Source of the DNA: Amphiscolops sp. MND2022
Taxonomy: Eukaryota
Direction: 5' to 3'
Assembly: GCA_964187785.1 (NCBI GenBank)
Contig: OZ076409.1
Span: 67,396,001-67,460,000 of the forward strand
Length of the DNA stretch: 64,000 bases
The position numbers and the translations under genes were made by a program. A model generated the notes under the pieces. That model was not told where the DNA came from and ran no database searches. It worked only from the letters and a program-made list of their open reading frames with translations. Shown in pieces: positions 13,227 through 27,185 of the stretch (positions within the stretch are counted from its first letter, which is position 1; every line of letters starts with the position of its first letter).

Positions 13227-13400
13227 AACAAGACGAGAGCGTCTAAAGTCGGCGCTATATCTAAAGCGCAACGTTTTTAAATTATTCCCAGGACGTATAT
13301 TTGAAAAGCTCAGAAAACAGTTTCGAGACACCCAAATACTGCCTTTCATGACTGGGAACAAATAAACATTAAAAATCAAATTGAACGAATTTTTGGTCGA
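13227..13400 (-). mobile_element. HINE-like family, 3'-end fragment
   Basis: Reverse complement reads AGCGCCGACT-TT-AGACG-CTCT-CGTCT-TGTT. The adjacent sequence matches the copy at 46425-46560. Confidence 0.55.
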
Positions 13401-14977
13401 TAAAATGTCCAAGAATTCATCGACGGCCGGGAACGGACCATCACTGGACCTTCCCTGAGCTTCAACGGAATGCCGGTAGGGGTTACATTTTTAAATGCTG
13501 CAGAGTATGGAAAACTTATTGTCATGCTGATGTCAAAGCTGCATGTTTGACTCTTTTAATTGATCTCAAATTAGCCGAGATAAGGACTGTTTCTGATCAG
13601 TACATCATTAAAAGGTTTTGAGATATTTTGCAAATCAAATCAGTAGTTAGACATAATGTTAGTTTCCGTTTTCAAACTTTTTCACTGTTCGTCAGAATAA
13701 GTTTCTAACTTCCTCAACACATTTCTCTGGCTCCTACCCAATGTAACTCGAATTGAATTATAATTTCTTCTGAAAACCACCGAAGACTCAGCCGGAAATC
13801 TGATTACTAAGTTGGGTAATGGAAAATTCATCTAAACTTGACAACATGCCCGTGGGATATCGACTTAATGAGCAGACTAAGAAAAAGGAACTGAAATTTA
13901 CTTGTCCTAAGTGCTCTCTGTTCCTACAGAGCAACCCGCTTGCATGTTGAAAGAGGACCATTGTTATCGCATTGTAACTCGACGCTTTCAAGAAAAAATG
14001 AAGGGGCATTTCCAGGAGCTGAGGAATGGGAATTGTAATTTAGTGCGTTTGCAATTAGGGTTTAACTAACCCGGTGTGGAATTGTTGGTAATGGGGATAC
14101 TTGGTTAAAAACGACACAGGCGCCTTCGGCATCTTTGAGAGACCTCTACCGGCAGGTTTTGACGTCTCAGGGTCGCCACAGAAGCCATTGTCTTTCCCTT
14201 CATGCAGACCTTTTCAACCCATTTCTAAACTCCTTTCTCCTTTTTTGCTCACCTTTAGACCATAGCCAATATATTGACGAAAGTGTCTCGCTGTTTTTAC
14301 GGGAATCGTTCCCATTTGTATTCCTCTCAATTGATTTATAATTTCCCCTGAAAACAGTGACATTCCTCTCTCTCCGACCTGTGATTTTCCAATCAATTGA
14401 ACGCGCGCGGAATATTAATTTTCAAAACCTGAATAGTAGAGTTCATAGAGCGAATTGGACCATGAGCCAACATTTCTTGAATGTGATACCAACGTCATAG
14501 GAAAGGAGCCCTTATTTATTTGAATAGTACTGGAAACCTGTTCATTTATAATCGTTCAATCATTGACTTGCAAGGAACACATCCAAAACTGTTCGAGTAG
14601 CCGATAACTTTTCGCGTCTTGAAGATACTTTGCATAGAGCCCACATTGCGTTGAGAATCGTGATGACTAACAAAAGTAAATGAAGAAACATTTGCGAAAA
14701 TTTCAATTAATTACAGTTGAAATTTTTGCCAAGCTTAAGGAATTACTATCAAATGTCAGAATTATTTTCAAAATATGCCATAGATATGATAATTTAATGT
14801 AGACTTCCACATCACATTCTTTCAACCTTTCAAAAATCCTAATTGAGTAAAAATTCTTTGAAAATAATGTAAAATTTACAACATTATTTTGTCCTCAAAT
14901 ACTTTTCAAAATATATTTTACACAATTTATTTTTGTTCGTCATCTCGGGTTGCTGAGTGGTTCTGTTGAATTGGCAG

Positions 14978-15165
14978 GAAGCTACGAACTATATCAGGAG
15001 AATGGTTCTACGAAAAGGTGTCTGATCGGTTAAAACCTCAGTTCGAGTCGTACGTGCATGGCAGCAACTTCGTGCGGGACTCTCTCCGACAAAAGAAGGG
15101 CGGAAGTCCCGAGAAGAGTGCGATCAACTCCGCTCTCAGAGGTGCTCGCAACCGAACATCATCTG
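14978..15165 (+). CDS. SYTL4/5: Internal coding exon of the synaptotagmin-like gene: SHD2 motif
   Basis: ggcag| acceptor and |gtgagt donor. Splices in phase with 11416 (GC|G = Ala) to give AKQAKLRTISGEWFYEKVSDRLK..GSNFVRDSLR. SGEWFY is the Slp-homology/rabphilin SGAWFF-type Rab-binding motif. Confidence 0.88.
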
Positions 15166-15329
15166 GTGAGTCTTTTATCATAAAAGTCTTTTATAAAGTT
15201 ATAAACATATATATTTATATCAATTTATGTCTCCATACCTTAATATAATTGATACATTGAATTGATATTGGAAAGATCTGGATTTGTAAGGGGTTTGTAT
15301 TGGTCTCAATAGCGTACACAGGCTCGTTC

Positions 15330-15664
15330 GGCTTTTTTGAAAATCAAGTTTGTTGCAAAATATGAAGAAACTTGAAAGGGGACCCTTTGGCGACAAAAAA
15401 AATTCGAAAAAAGTCGCACTGTGCCGGAAAAAATTCAAAGGGGGGTCCCTATAGTCTCGTCCGGTTTTGTATGTTACGTTAAAAAGGGAGTAAATGAAAG
15501 GGGGACCCGTTGCACTACTTTAGATGCGTTTCCGTTTGCCGCTCCAGTAGTTTAAAAGTTCTGTAAAAAGTGTCCACTACGCATACATTCTGTTATCTGA
15601 TGAAAAAAAAAGAAAAAAAACTTGCCACTGTAATAGTCGGGCTGTTAAAATGCGCCGACAAAAA
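15330..15664 (-). mobile_element. HINE-like family, 5'-end fragment
   Basis: Ends AGTCGGGCT..TGCGCCGACAAAAA (reverse of the 5' hairpin). Internal AAAGGGGACCCTTT modules. Confidence 0.55.
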
Positions 15665-15672
15665 GAAAAAAT

Positions 15673-16303
15673 GGTTGACCCTCTCACTACTAACATCTTG
15701 GCTGGCATAACAAGATCTTGCCAAATTCTTACTACATGAAACCCATTACATGAAACCCACGGTGAGATTCTTACTGAGATCTTACTAAGATGTATCATTA
15801 TTCAAGATCAAATCTTACTACGATGGAAAAAATCTAAGATTTCAAAGATTTTATTTAAAAGTTCAAAAAACAGCTAAAATTCGACAAGAAGTCTATTGCC
15901 GTGTCTTTATGCGCTTTTACAGCGTTAATATTGATTTCTTGTAAAAATTCAAAGTCTCTGGAATCAGATAGTAAGGATCATCGTCGTGGAGGGGGAATTT
16001 TAGATCTTATTCGTATGGTTTTAGTCCTTATTCCAGCGGGTTTAATTCTTATTCTAGTTTTCGATCATCTTCCAGTGAAATGAGAACCGACGTACAAGGT
16101 TTATTGGACTTTTCCAGCAAGTTTTATTGGACTTTTCCTTCATTCTTCCTAAAAGGACTTTTCTTGGAAAGATGCCTGTCTTGATGAGATATGACCATGG
16201 TAAAATGACCAGATCTTATCAAGATCTTTGCCAATGGTTTTCTAAGGTCTTGGCAAAGTCTTGCCAAGATCATACTAAAGCATCTTTGGAGGGTCAACCC
16301 GGG
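15673..16303. mobile_element. MITE with terminal inverted repeats and AAGATCTT/TCTTG subterminal repeats
   Basis: GGTTGACCCTC ... GAGGGTCAACC(CGGG). Non-coding; termini resemble those of the 38426-39205 element. Confidence 0.55.
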
Positions 16304-16799
16304 ATTTTAGGTTATTACCAATTTTGACATCAAAATAATCGAAGCGAGAACCTTTTTAAGGGCTGACAAAAAATTTCTAAAAATATTGAACCATTGTATT
16401 TTTATGGTCTATTTTTGTTATCAAGGTGCAATAAGTTAAGGAAATTATAATAAAAAAATTTTTATTACATAATCTTTAGTTGCTTTCTCAAATTGCTTTC
16501 ATCAAATGTGATTTAAATGTTTTTTAAAAAACAAATCAAGAAGAATTGAACCTTCTGTATAGAAGACAAGGTTCTAATAATTCTAAAACTTTGTAATTTT
16601 TGTGAAACTTTCTTTAATCACTTCAACGAGATTTTTTTAAAAAAAACGATTCCAACAGAGGAACACTGAAAAGCCCTTAAATAGTCGCGTTGTATTTCAT
16701 ATAACGCATACTGAAAATGACTCTTTTCAATTCCCGTTTTTTGATTGTTTTCTGTACCCTCGTCGAAGTTGCCGCGAAGTTTTACAGGCACCTTCAAAA

Positions 16800-17306
16800 A
16801 ATGCCGGCTATTTTTTTTATAAAACATGGAAAATTCAGGGACCATGCTTGGAAACATTTTGTAGGATTACTATTCAGCTTTCACTATTTGAGTTAAAGCT
16901 GAAAACATTTCCTTTTCTTCACCAACCCGATCACTTTGTTTTCACGCGTAAGTTTCTCAAGTAACTACCTTTTGTAAACACCATTAGTCAAATAGCACGC
17001 TGAACATGACGCTACTTAGAAACTTATAAGGTGACTGAAATTAATTTCCATTGAAACTGCGGTAAAATTGACGAAGATCTCAGCTGCTTTCAAAATTAGA
17101 ACGGCGTCTTTATGAAACCTGCAAAACTTCGCGGCTCAGAATTGCCGCCAAATTTAGGATGCATCTTATAGGCAGCTTGATAAATTTAAATTGCATCAGT
17201 GAAGTTTTAATGCATGGAGGTTTCCCTGAGAATTTTATAAAATCATGAAAAATTAGTTTGGTAACCTACAAAAACTTGTAAAAAGTTCAAGCACTTCCAA
17301 CCAGGG
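16800..17306 (+). mobile_element. TA-flanked MITE-like repeat (same family as 2372-2880), right terminus intact
   Basis: Colinear with 2400-2880 and ends CAACCAGGG|TA. Left boundary approximate. Confidence 0.55.
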
Positions 17307-17900
17307 TAGCTTTGATTTCTGCCAAGTTGTAGTTGCGAAATTTAATGAAAACAGTCCCAATATTTTTTTGTCGTATTGAACAAAAACAATTGAAAGGCAG
17401 AAGGGATGACAAACATTTGGTTATGTGAACCGATATTCGTAGAGTCGAATGTTATGAAAGCGTCGCAAATCTTCCTGCAATAAAGTTTTACATTATCAAA
17501 GTTTTTCAAAGATGTAACAAAACACATAAACAAAATAATTAAATTATTCCTGTCATTTGTGCGGTTTCTGTCATACAGCGATTGACAAAAGACTAGTTGA
17601 CCTTCATAACTTAACAGTGATTAGAAATTCAATCTTCTTCTGCTCTTCCGGTGATAGAGCCAAAACAAAAGTATCCAGGCTGACCCTCATGGCAATAACA
17701 TGCCTAACATAGTTGCTCATCATAAACCTCATCGCACTACGAAATGCATGTTTTCTGAGATTTCTCATATAAACAAGATTGTAGTGTGGCAATTTATTGC
17801 TATTATTTTAATCTTTTCCTCAAATATTTCCAAGACCTTCCCTGTTTTCCAAAAGCGTTTCTAGTAAAAAATCATATGATTGACCGATTGATGATAAACC

Positions 17901-20363
17901 ATACTCTTTGCAAATTTAAATGGCTCAAAATAAGTCCGACTTTTATTGAAGTGTTTTTTACTTGAGAATACAGCAGTCATTTGCAATGATTTACCACACT
18001 AGACAAACTCTTCGAGGCGTAAAAGCTCCAATTTGTGATTTCAATTTTTGGTTTGAAAACCACATTTTCTAATTGTTTTGTTTGCGAATCTTACTGCTAC
18101 GTTGCAGGGTAGTGGTCTAATTTAAGGTTGAAATTGTTTTTTATTGAGTTTCTGGCAATCATCCCGGACAGCGTTTAGTAGTACCCCTATTTGAATCTGC
18201 TGTGAAGTTTTTCATGTCGCTTCCATGCATGCAGGGCTAATTTTAAAAATTAAAAACGGACAATTGCGGGAGACCAAATCGTTTGAAAAAAGTTGAAGAA
18301 GTACAATGCAGCTACCCATCTTTAAAATAAACAAAACTGAAAATAATTCCAACTCTTTACTGCCTCGATCAGTTTGTTTTCTCATTTATTTTTCTCACTT
18401 ATTCAACTTATGTAATTACCGTTATTCAAACTGCAATGAATATGACGCTACATGGAAATCTATGAAATGACTGAAGTTGATTTGTATTGAAATGGCGGTA
18501 AAAGTGATAAGATCTTTGAAGCTGAAAATAAGAATAGAAATAAAGAATATAAATTTTCATGGCTCCGAATTGTCGAAAAGTTTAGGATGCATCATTTGAA
18601 CTAGTTGAGAAAATTAAATTGAGTCAGTGAAACTTTTATGCATGGAAGTCCCCTTGAGAGTTCTATGAAATCATGGTAAATAACCTTGGTAACGTACAAA
18701 ATCTTGTAAAACCGTTTTGCAATACTTTTTGCAAATTTAAATGGCTCAAAATAAGTCCGACTTTTATTGAAGTGTTTTTTACTTGAGAATAGAGCAGTCA
18801 TTTGCAATGATTTACCACACTAGACAAACTCTTCGAGGCGTAAAAGCTCCAATTTGTGATTTCAATTTTTGGTTTGAAAACCACATTTTCTAATTGTTTT
18901 GTTTGCGAATCTTACTGCTACGTTGCAGGGTAGTGGTCTAATTTAAGGTTGAAATTGTTTTTTATTGAGTTTCTGGCAATCATCCCGGACAGCGTTTAGT
19001 AGTACCCCTATTTGAATCTGCTGTGAAGTTTTTCATGTCGCTTCCATGCATGCAGGGCTAATTTTAAAAATTAAAAACGGACAATTGCGGGAGACCAAAT
19101 CGTTTGAAAAAAAGTTGAAGAAGTACAATGCAGCTACCCATCTTTAAAATAAACAAAACTGAAAATAATTCCAACTCTTTACTGCCTCGATCAGTTTGTT
19201 TTCTCATTTATTTTTCTCACTTATTCAACTTATGTAATTACCGTTATTCAAACTGCAATGAATATGACGCTACATGGAAATCTATGAAATGACTGAAGTT
19301 GATTTGTATTGAAATGGCGGTAAAAGTGATAAGATCTTTGAAGCTGAAAATAAGAATAGAAATAAAGAATATAAATTTTCATGGCTCCGAATTGTCGAAA
19401 AGTTTAGGATGCATCATTTGAACTAGTTGAGAAAATTAAATTGAGTCAGTGAAACTTTTATGCATGGAAGTCCCCTTGAGAGTTCTATGAAATCTAGGTA
19501 AATAACCTTGGTAACGTACAAAATCTTGTAAAACCGTTTTGCAATACTCTTTGCAAATTTAAATGGCTCAAAATAAGTCCGACTTTTATTGAAGTGTTTT
19601 TTACTTGAGAATACAGCAGTCATTTGCAATGATTTACCACACTAGACAAACTCTTCGAGGCGTAAAAGCTCCAATTTGTGATTTCAATTTTTGGTTTGAA
19701 AACCACATTTTCTAATTGTTTTGTTTGCGAATCTTACTGCTACGTTGCAGGGTAGTGGTCTAATTTAAGGTTGAAATTGTTTTTTATTGAGTTTCTGGCA
19801 ATCATCCCGGACAGCGTTTAGTAGTACCCCTATTTGAATCTGCTGTGAAGTTTTTCATGTCGCTTCCATGCATGCAGGGCTAATTTTAAAAATTAAAAAC
19901 GGACAATTGCGGGAGACCAAATCGTTTGAAAAAAAGTTGAAGAAGTACAATGCAGCTACCCATCTTTAACATAAACAAAACTGAAAATAATTCCAACTCT
20001 TTACTGCCTCGATCAGTTTGTTTTCTCATTTATTTTTCTCACTTATTCAACTTATGTAATTACCGTTATTCAAACTGCAATGAATATGACGCTACATGGA
20101 AATCTATGAAATGACTGAAGTTGATTTGTATTGAAATGGCGGTAAAAGTGATAAGATCTTTGAAGCTGAAAATAAGAATAGAAATAAAGAATATAAATTT
20201 TCATGGCTCCGAATTGTCGAAAAGTTTAGGATGCATCATTTGAACTAGTTGAGAAAATTAAATTGAGTCAGTGAAACGTTTATGCATGGAAGTCCCCTTG
20301 AGAGTTCTATGAAATCATGGTAAATAACCTTGGAAACGTACAAAATCTTGTAAAACCGTTTTG
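17901..20363. repeat. Tandem triplication, unit 821-822 bp
   Basis: Units start at 17901, 18722 and 19544 (ATACTCTTTGCAAATTTAAATGGCTC) and are near-identical. The ORF track repeats at 18601, 19423 and 20245. Confidence 0.95.
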
Positions 20364-21010
20364 ATGTAATCGTCACATGAGAGGTCTGTAGATGGAGGCT
20401 TAAACCGGGCACGGTTTCAATTAGTAGGGAGAGGAGCTGATTTAAAAACATATTCACAGTTGAAATATTGCTTACAATTACTATTTTGTAGATTTTATAA
20501 TTTGGGATTTTTTGAAGTTTGGATTGAAAACAAAATAGTTCGGCAAGAACAACAGGCTAAAAGTTTTTTTTGATCATATGAAAATGTCTATCATCCTGAA
20601 AATCAAAAAATGTCGCAACGATTAAAGTCAAACACCGTTACTTGGTTGGACATAACTTTTTGGGAAACTGCGTTGATCTATTGAATGCCTTTTGCACTTT
20701 TGCACCTATGGTATACAGAGAAGCTCGCACGAAGCATTGAAAGAAAAGAATGGTCTAAAAAATTGAAAAAATATATATTTCTGGAACTCCAGGTTTTCAA
20801 AAAGTTTTTCAAAATGTTTTCTTGGATCATTCCTTGGAGGGGTTTGAGAATTTCGCCAAACATTTGTTCAACTTCGTTGATCAATCGCGAAAATTTTCTA
20901 AAATAATCAAACTAAATTTTTCTAAAACTGCATTTTTCATTAATTCTATAGTGCTTCATTCTCAAATGAAGACAAGTAATTGTTATAGAAACCAACGCTG
21001 ATTCATCAGC

Positions 21011-21652
21011 ATGGTCACAAACTGCGATCTGAGGAATAAGATCGAAACGCACTTCTGTAACTAAGATCTAAAGAACTATGATCTAAATGACATTTTTCGT
21101 AACTAAGGTCTAGAGAATGCCAGCTCCCGAATCGTAACCAAGGTCTAAATTTTAGAGGCTATTCCCGTTTTTTAGATGGTATTCCCGAATTTGAAAAAAT
21201 GTTTCTTATGCTGAAAAACTCTTCCTTCGTTCTAATTGACTTGAATAAGATCCAAATATCCGAAATTGAGAAATTTGTTTGGTATGTAGTGATATAAAGT
21301 AAACAACGTGCCTCGGATATGTCCCCACATCCTCTAATGCCCCGTGGCCCCTTGGGGCCGCTTATGTACCAACTTGCTAAGCGAGGTCGAACAGGAGCAA
21401 AGACTTAGCGAGAGCGAAGATCGCGGAGCGTACATACACCGTATATGAACATTATTCCTCAGACGTTATTCCTGTTCCCCGGACAAGATTCTGGGCTGGT
21501 TTCGATGGTCCAATAAATATGCCCTATAAAGCTTACGCAAAACTGTATTTTCAGTGGAAAAATCATTTAGATCTTACTCCCGTTTCGCATTTTAGACCTT
21601 AGTTACTTGCATGATTTTTAGATCTTATTTTGAGACCTTAGTTATGGTCCCC
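21011..21652. mobile_element. Mutator/Foldback-like non-autonomous element with 9-bp TSD
   Basis: TSD TTCATCAGC (21002-21010) / TTCATCATC (21653-21661). Inverted arrays of TAACTAAGGTCT / AGACCTTAGTTA. Right end TATGGTCCCC; left end degenerate. Confidence 0.6.
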
Positions 21653-23689
21653 TTCATCATCTAGAAAATGAAATCGTGCTGCAAAACGTTGATTTTGACC
21701 TAAATCTACCTCAACAGCCGTCTTATGTTCTAACTATCGGAATCAAATCTTCATTTTCGAAATATGTTGGAAATTTCAAAAAGACAAAAGTGAAAAAATT
21801 TGTAAATTGTTCTACTGCAACTCAATTCAATGGTTTCTGAAATGCATGCTACGAACAGTTCATTACTGAGAGTGTCAAAAACAAAACAAACGAGGTTTTT
21901 TTCATGGAACTCATAGTTATAACCCACTTATAGTTTGATCCACTAACTCTCTAGACCCTGCCGAAGGCGGTCAATTATCATATTTATCTTCAAGATGTTG
22001 AAGCTCATATTCAGAAACTGAAACTTAACTTAGGCTGAAACGCTTAGTATGGGAAAACTGAATTTCCAAAGTTACCGTTTGTTTGTTGATTTCATATTGC
22101 ACTGTTATTTCAACGATCAGGAAAACGTAGTGCCTTGAAAAATGTTTTAAAATTTTTGATGGATTCATTTATTAAGTCATTATTTCTAGGCGAAATTTTT
22201 TCATCATCTTACATACAAGAAAACAATTCAAAAAGGACTAAGTGGTCTCAAGACAGCAATAATCATGAGTATCGAAATCTGAAAAAAAGGTTAACAAACA
22301 AGATTAATTAACTTACTACAGAAGTCACGACAGGCTCGTTTCCCGAAAGTTTTTAGCTGTGTCATTTGGTTGAGCATGATGATCCTAAAATGCAAATTTT
22401 GTATCGAGTGTCGTATTCATTGGAGATTCGGTTCGTTCACATAGAGCTTAAAATAAACCTTCGTAAAGGTTGAGTAAAATGGCGCCTTTTTCAAATGAGG
22501 AAATAATGATGCCCTTCGCTGATTTTATTACTACCTTTTCACGCTTCTGATTGAATCACTAATTGACGCCTTTCTATTCCTTAAAAAAGGTTGATGAATG
22601 TCGTTAAGACTGCATTAGAAATACTGTTCTAACGTTTTTGATTTTTGGAGCTTATGAATCAACGATTGGTTGCCATGGTTATTGCCGTACAATAATGTAA
22701 AAGTATTCTGATTTTTTAAAATGTTGTTTGTATGCAGTCAAAATTTAGTACAAGGCAAGAGTATAAAGGCAATTTTTGTAATTTTATTCGAATGGCACAA
22801 TGTACCTGTTAGGTTTCTATGTTAACGTAAAGGCAGCCTGACACTATAAAATAACGCTAACGTAACGCTAGTATACATCATTATCAGCTACTTCTTGTAT
22901 TAATTGGAGTTTTCACGATATGCAACGGACGCAGTCAGTAAATTAAAACACTTATTCAAAAATATCCATGCAAAAAAACATAGTTCTATATGAGGATTAT
23001 TACAAGAAGTCAACTTGACCGCGCGAAAATCTTGTAAAACCGTTTTGATGTAATCGTGACATGAGAGGTTTGTAGATGGAGGCTTAAACCGGGCACGGTT
23101 TCAATTAGTAGGGAGAGGAGCTGATTTAAAAACATATTCACAGTTGAAATATTGCTTACAATTACTATTTTGTAGATTTTATAATTTGGGATCTTTTGAA
23201 GTTTGGATTGAAAACAAAATAGTTCGGCAAGAACAACAGGCTAAAAGTTTTTTTTGATCATATGAAAATGTCTATCATCCTGAAAATCAAAAAATGTCGC
23301 AACGATTAAAGTCAAACACCGTTACTTGGTTGGACATAACTTTTTGGGAAACTGACCTATTGGATGCCTTTTGCATTTTTGCACCTATGGTATACAGAGA
23401 AGCTCGCACGAAGCATTGAAAGAAAAGAAAGTTCTAGAAAATTGAAAAAATATATATTTCTGGAACTCCAGGTTCTCAAAAATTTTTTCAAAATGTTTGC
23501 TTGGATCATTCCTTGGAGGGGTTTGAGAATTTTGCCAAACATTTGTTCAACTTCGTTGATCAATCGCGAAAATTTTCTAAATTATTCAAACTAAATTTTT
23601 CCAAAACTGCATTTTTCATTAATTCTATAGTGCTTCATTCTCAAATGAAGACAAGCAATTGTTATAGAAACCAACGCTGATTCGTCAGC

Positions 23690-24328
23690 ATGGTCACAAG
23701 CTGCGATCTGAGGAATAAGATCGAAACGCACTTCTGTAACTAAGATCTAAAGAACTATGATCTAAATGACATTTTTCGTAACTAAGGTCTAGAGAATGCC
23801 AGCTCCCGAATCGTAACCAAGGTCTAAATTTTAGACGCTATTCCCGTTTTTTAGATGTTATTCCCGAATTTGAAAAATTGTTTCTTATGCTGAAAAACTC
23901 TTCCTTCGTTCTAATTGACTTGAATAAGATCCAAATATCCGAAATTGAGAAATTTGTTTGGTATGTAATGATTTAAAGTATACAACGTGCCTCGGATATG
24001 TCCCCACATCCTCTAATGCCCCGTGGCCCCTTGGGGCCGCTTATGTACCAACTTGCTAAGCGAGGTCGAACAGGAGCAAAGACTTAGCAAGAGCGAAGAT
24101 CGCGGAGCGTACATACACCGTATATGAACATTATTCATCAGACGTTATTCCTGTTCCCCGGACAAGATTCTGGGCTGGTTTCGATGGTCCAATAAATATG
24201 CCCTATAAAGCTTACGCAAACTTGTATTTTCAGTGGAAAAATTTAGATCTTACTCCCGTTTCGCATTTTAGACCTTAGTTACTTGCATGATTTTTAGATC
24301 TTTTTTTTAGACCTTAGGTATGGTCCCG
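23690..24328. mobile_element. Duplicate of the 21011-21652 Mutator/Foldback-like element
   Basis: TSD TTCGTCAGC / TTCATCAGC. Lies in copy 2 of duplication A. Confidence 0.6.
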
Positions 24329-26111
24329 TTCATCAGCTAGAAAATGAAATCGTGCTGCAAAAATGTTGATTTTGACCTAAACCTACCTCAAACAGCCGTC
24401 TTATGCTCTAATTATCCGAATCAAATCTTCATTTTCGAAATATGTTGGAAATTTCAAAAGGACAAAAGTGAAAAAATTTGTAAATTGTTCTACTGCAACT
24501 CAATTCAATGGTTTTTAAAATGTTTGCTCCGAACGGCTCAACACTGATAGTGTTAAGAACAAAACAAACGAGGTTTTTTTTATGGAACTCATAGCTATAA
24601 CCCACTTATAGTTTTAACCACTAACTCTCTGGACCCTGCCGAAGGCGGTCAATTATCATATGTATCTTCAAGATAATGAAGCTCATATTCAGAAACTGAA
24701 ACGCAACTTAGGCTAAAACGCTTAGTATGGGAAAAACTGAATTTCCAAACTTACTGTTTGTTTGTTGATTTCATATTGCACTGTTATTTCAACGATCAGT
24801 TAAACGTAGTGCCTTGAAAAATGTTTTGAATTTTTTGATGGATTCATTTACAAAGTCATTATCTCTAGGCGAAAATTTTTCATCATCTTAAATACGAGCA
24901 AACAAATCAAAAAGGATTAAGTGGTCTCAAGACAGCAATAATCAGGGGTATCGAAATCTGAAAAAAAGGTTAACAAACAAGATTTCTGAGTACTACAGAA
25001 GTCACGACAGGCTCGTTTCCCGAAAAATTTTAGCTGTGTCATTAGGTTGAGCATGATGATCCTAAAATGCAAATTTTGTTTCGAGTGTCGTATTCATTGG
25101 AGATTCGGTTCGTTCACATAGAGCTTAAAATAAACCTTCGTAAAGGTTGAGTAAAATGGCGCCTTTTTCAAATGAGAAAATAATAATGCCCTTCGCTGAT
25201 TTTATTACTACCTTTTCACGCTTCTGATTGAATCACTAATTGACGCCTTTCTATTCCTTAAAAAAGGTTGATGAATGTCATTAAGACTGCATTAAAAATA
25301 CTGTTCTAACGTTTTTGATTTTTGGAGCTTATGAATCAACGATTGGTTGCCATGGTTATCGCAGTACAATAATTTAAGAGTATTCTGATTTTTTAAAATG
25401 TTGTCTCTATGCAGTCAAAATTTAGTAGAAGGCAACAGTATAAAGGCAATTTATGTAATTTCATTGGAATGGCACAATGTACCTGTTAGGTTTCTATGCT
25501 AACGTAAAGGCAGCCTGACACTATACAATAACGCTAACGTAACGCTAGTATACATCATTATCAGCTACTTCTTGTATTAGTTGGAGTTTTCACGATATGC
25601 AACGGACGCAGTCAGTAAATTAAAACACTTATTCAAAAATATCCATGCAAAAAAATCATAGTTCTATATAAGGATTATCACAAGAAGTCAACTTGACCGA
25701 GCTGCTTTAGTGAATAAAACAACGACAGAGATACAAGACCAAAATTCATTCCCTGTCAAAGCCAATCATTTCGGGATCACGAGAGAACCGGGCCAAATAG
25801 CAGAACAGAAAACGCCTAGACTAGACTTTTACAAAAAAATAGCTAGTTTGAGAATTTTTTTAGCCAATTTTTCAGTCTCGAAATGCCTATCACCGGTGGA
25901 AAAGCCAACTGAAGATGTGAATCAGAACTAAAATGTAAATCAGAAAAAGAAAAAGCACCAAGTCATTCGAAATAAAAACATACTTGAACAGCACCTAGTT
26001 CTGCCGTCTTTAGGTTCACCCCCGGTCGCGGGGTTCCTTTGGACCTGTTTCACACGGTACCAAGAGTAGACAGAAAACGTTGCTGGTTTTTCCGTTTTAA
26101 CCCCAAAAGTT

Positions 26112-26606
26112 TTAAGTGTAAGGTATGCTTCTGTATCGACTCGGTTTACGAATATTCCGGCTTGACCGTATATTAGATTCAAGAATCTCACCCGATATTT
26201 CTCCGTCAGTATTTATTTGGATCGAGTCATCCTCCAAACTTGTTCGGATTGGCACATACTTTTCGTTACGTTCTGATGTGTCCTGTAATTTGCCAAGGTC
26301 TCTTCCGACCTTCCTAGATCCTCATTGCCGTCTTCATCGTCTTCGGTTTCACTGCCTATTCTTTTTCGGTTTCGAGCTTTTAATTTAGTATGTCTCGGTG
26401 GATTTCGTCCCACGAGCCATATTTTCCATCAAACTCTCGTAGGCAGTGCCTATTCTTCGGTGTGATCACTCAAACTTCTGTTCGGTACTGGCTTTCGTCT
26501 GGCGTTTCACTTGGTCTGAAACACCCTCAAAAGACTATCGGCTGTCGACTTTTCCGGTTTCCGTTGAACGGTGTTTTGGGTTTCGCAAAATTACCTTTCT
26601 GGTGCC
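26112..26606 (-). pseudogene. Possible decayed C-terminal tail of a Gypsy-type pol
   Basis: Broken acidic/basic frames ending ..EISGEILESNIRSSRNIRKPSRYRSIPYT*, resembling the RRSxRxxKxPxRY tail of Gypsy pol. Close to an LTR-like remnant in the same orientation. Confidence 0.3.
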
Positions 26607-27185
26607 TGAAATAAAAAAAACCTGATGTCGCTTCTTTTTGTGCGGTCATTTCTCAGCTTTTTTAAAAAACACAATACATTCCGCTTCATAACAGCATTTT
26701 GGAAAACGAGCTATTTCTTCTTTGACCTTTCTAAAAGATCTAATTTTTGGAAACGTACTGAACTTGTGGAAAAAATGACTAACTAAATCATGCCCAATTG
26801 AAAACTTTGATTTTTTCAGGTTTTTTGGGGTTACTTTGAGACACTTTTCCTGCAACTTTTTTCAGATGTCACATCGATAAAGCTTCCGCGATAACTGATT
26901 TCGTTGCCGTAAATCGTTTCCGATGTTTACGTAACTAAAATTTTCAAAAAATAGACGAAAGGAGTTTTTTCTCCTTTGTTGATTTTGTGGTGATTGAGGG
27001 GTGACATTCAGATGTAATGGGAAGCGCTAAGCGTCTGTTACGCAACAATAGAGTGGAGGAACTGATATCATGAATATGTTCCGGGACAAACCACCATGAC
27101 ATCGGCTCATTTTAGCCTCCTAAGGGTTGCCGTTCCCGAGGTTGGGGAACCGTCTTAAAGGATACTCTCTGTCCTGATACCAGTC

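Larger units (their letters stand above)
20342..25699. repeat. Tandem duplication A (20342-23021 / 23026-25699), a few percent diverged
   Basis: Both copies start AAAATCTTGTAAAACCGTTTTGATGTAATCG and end CAACTTGACCG. A 4-nt CGCG filler sits at the junction. Confidence 0.95.
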
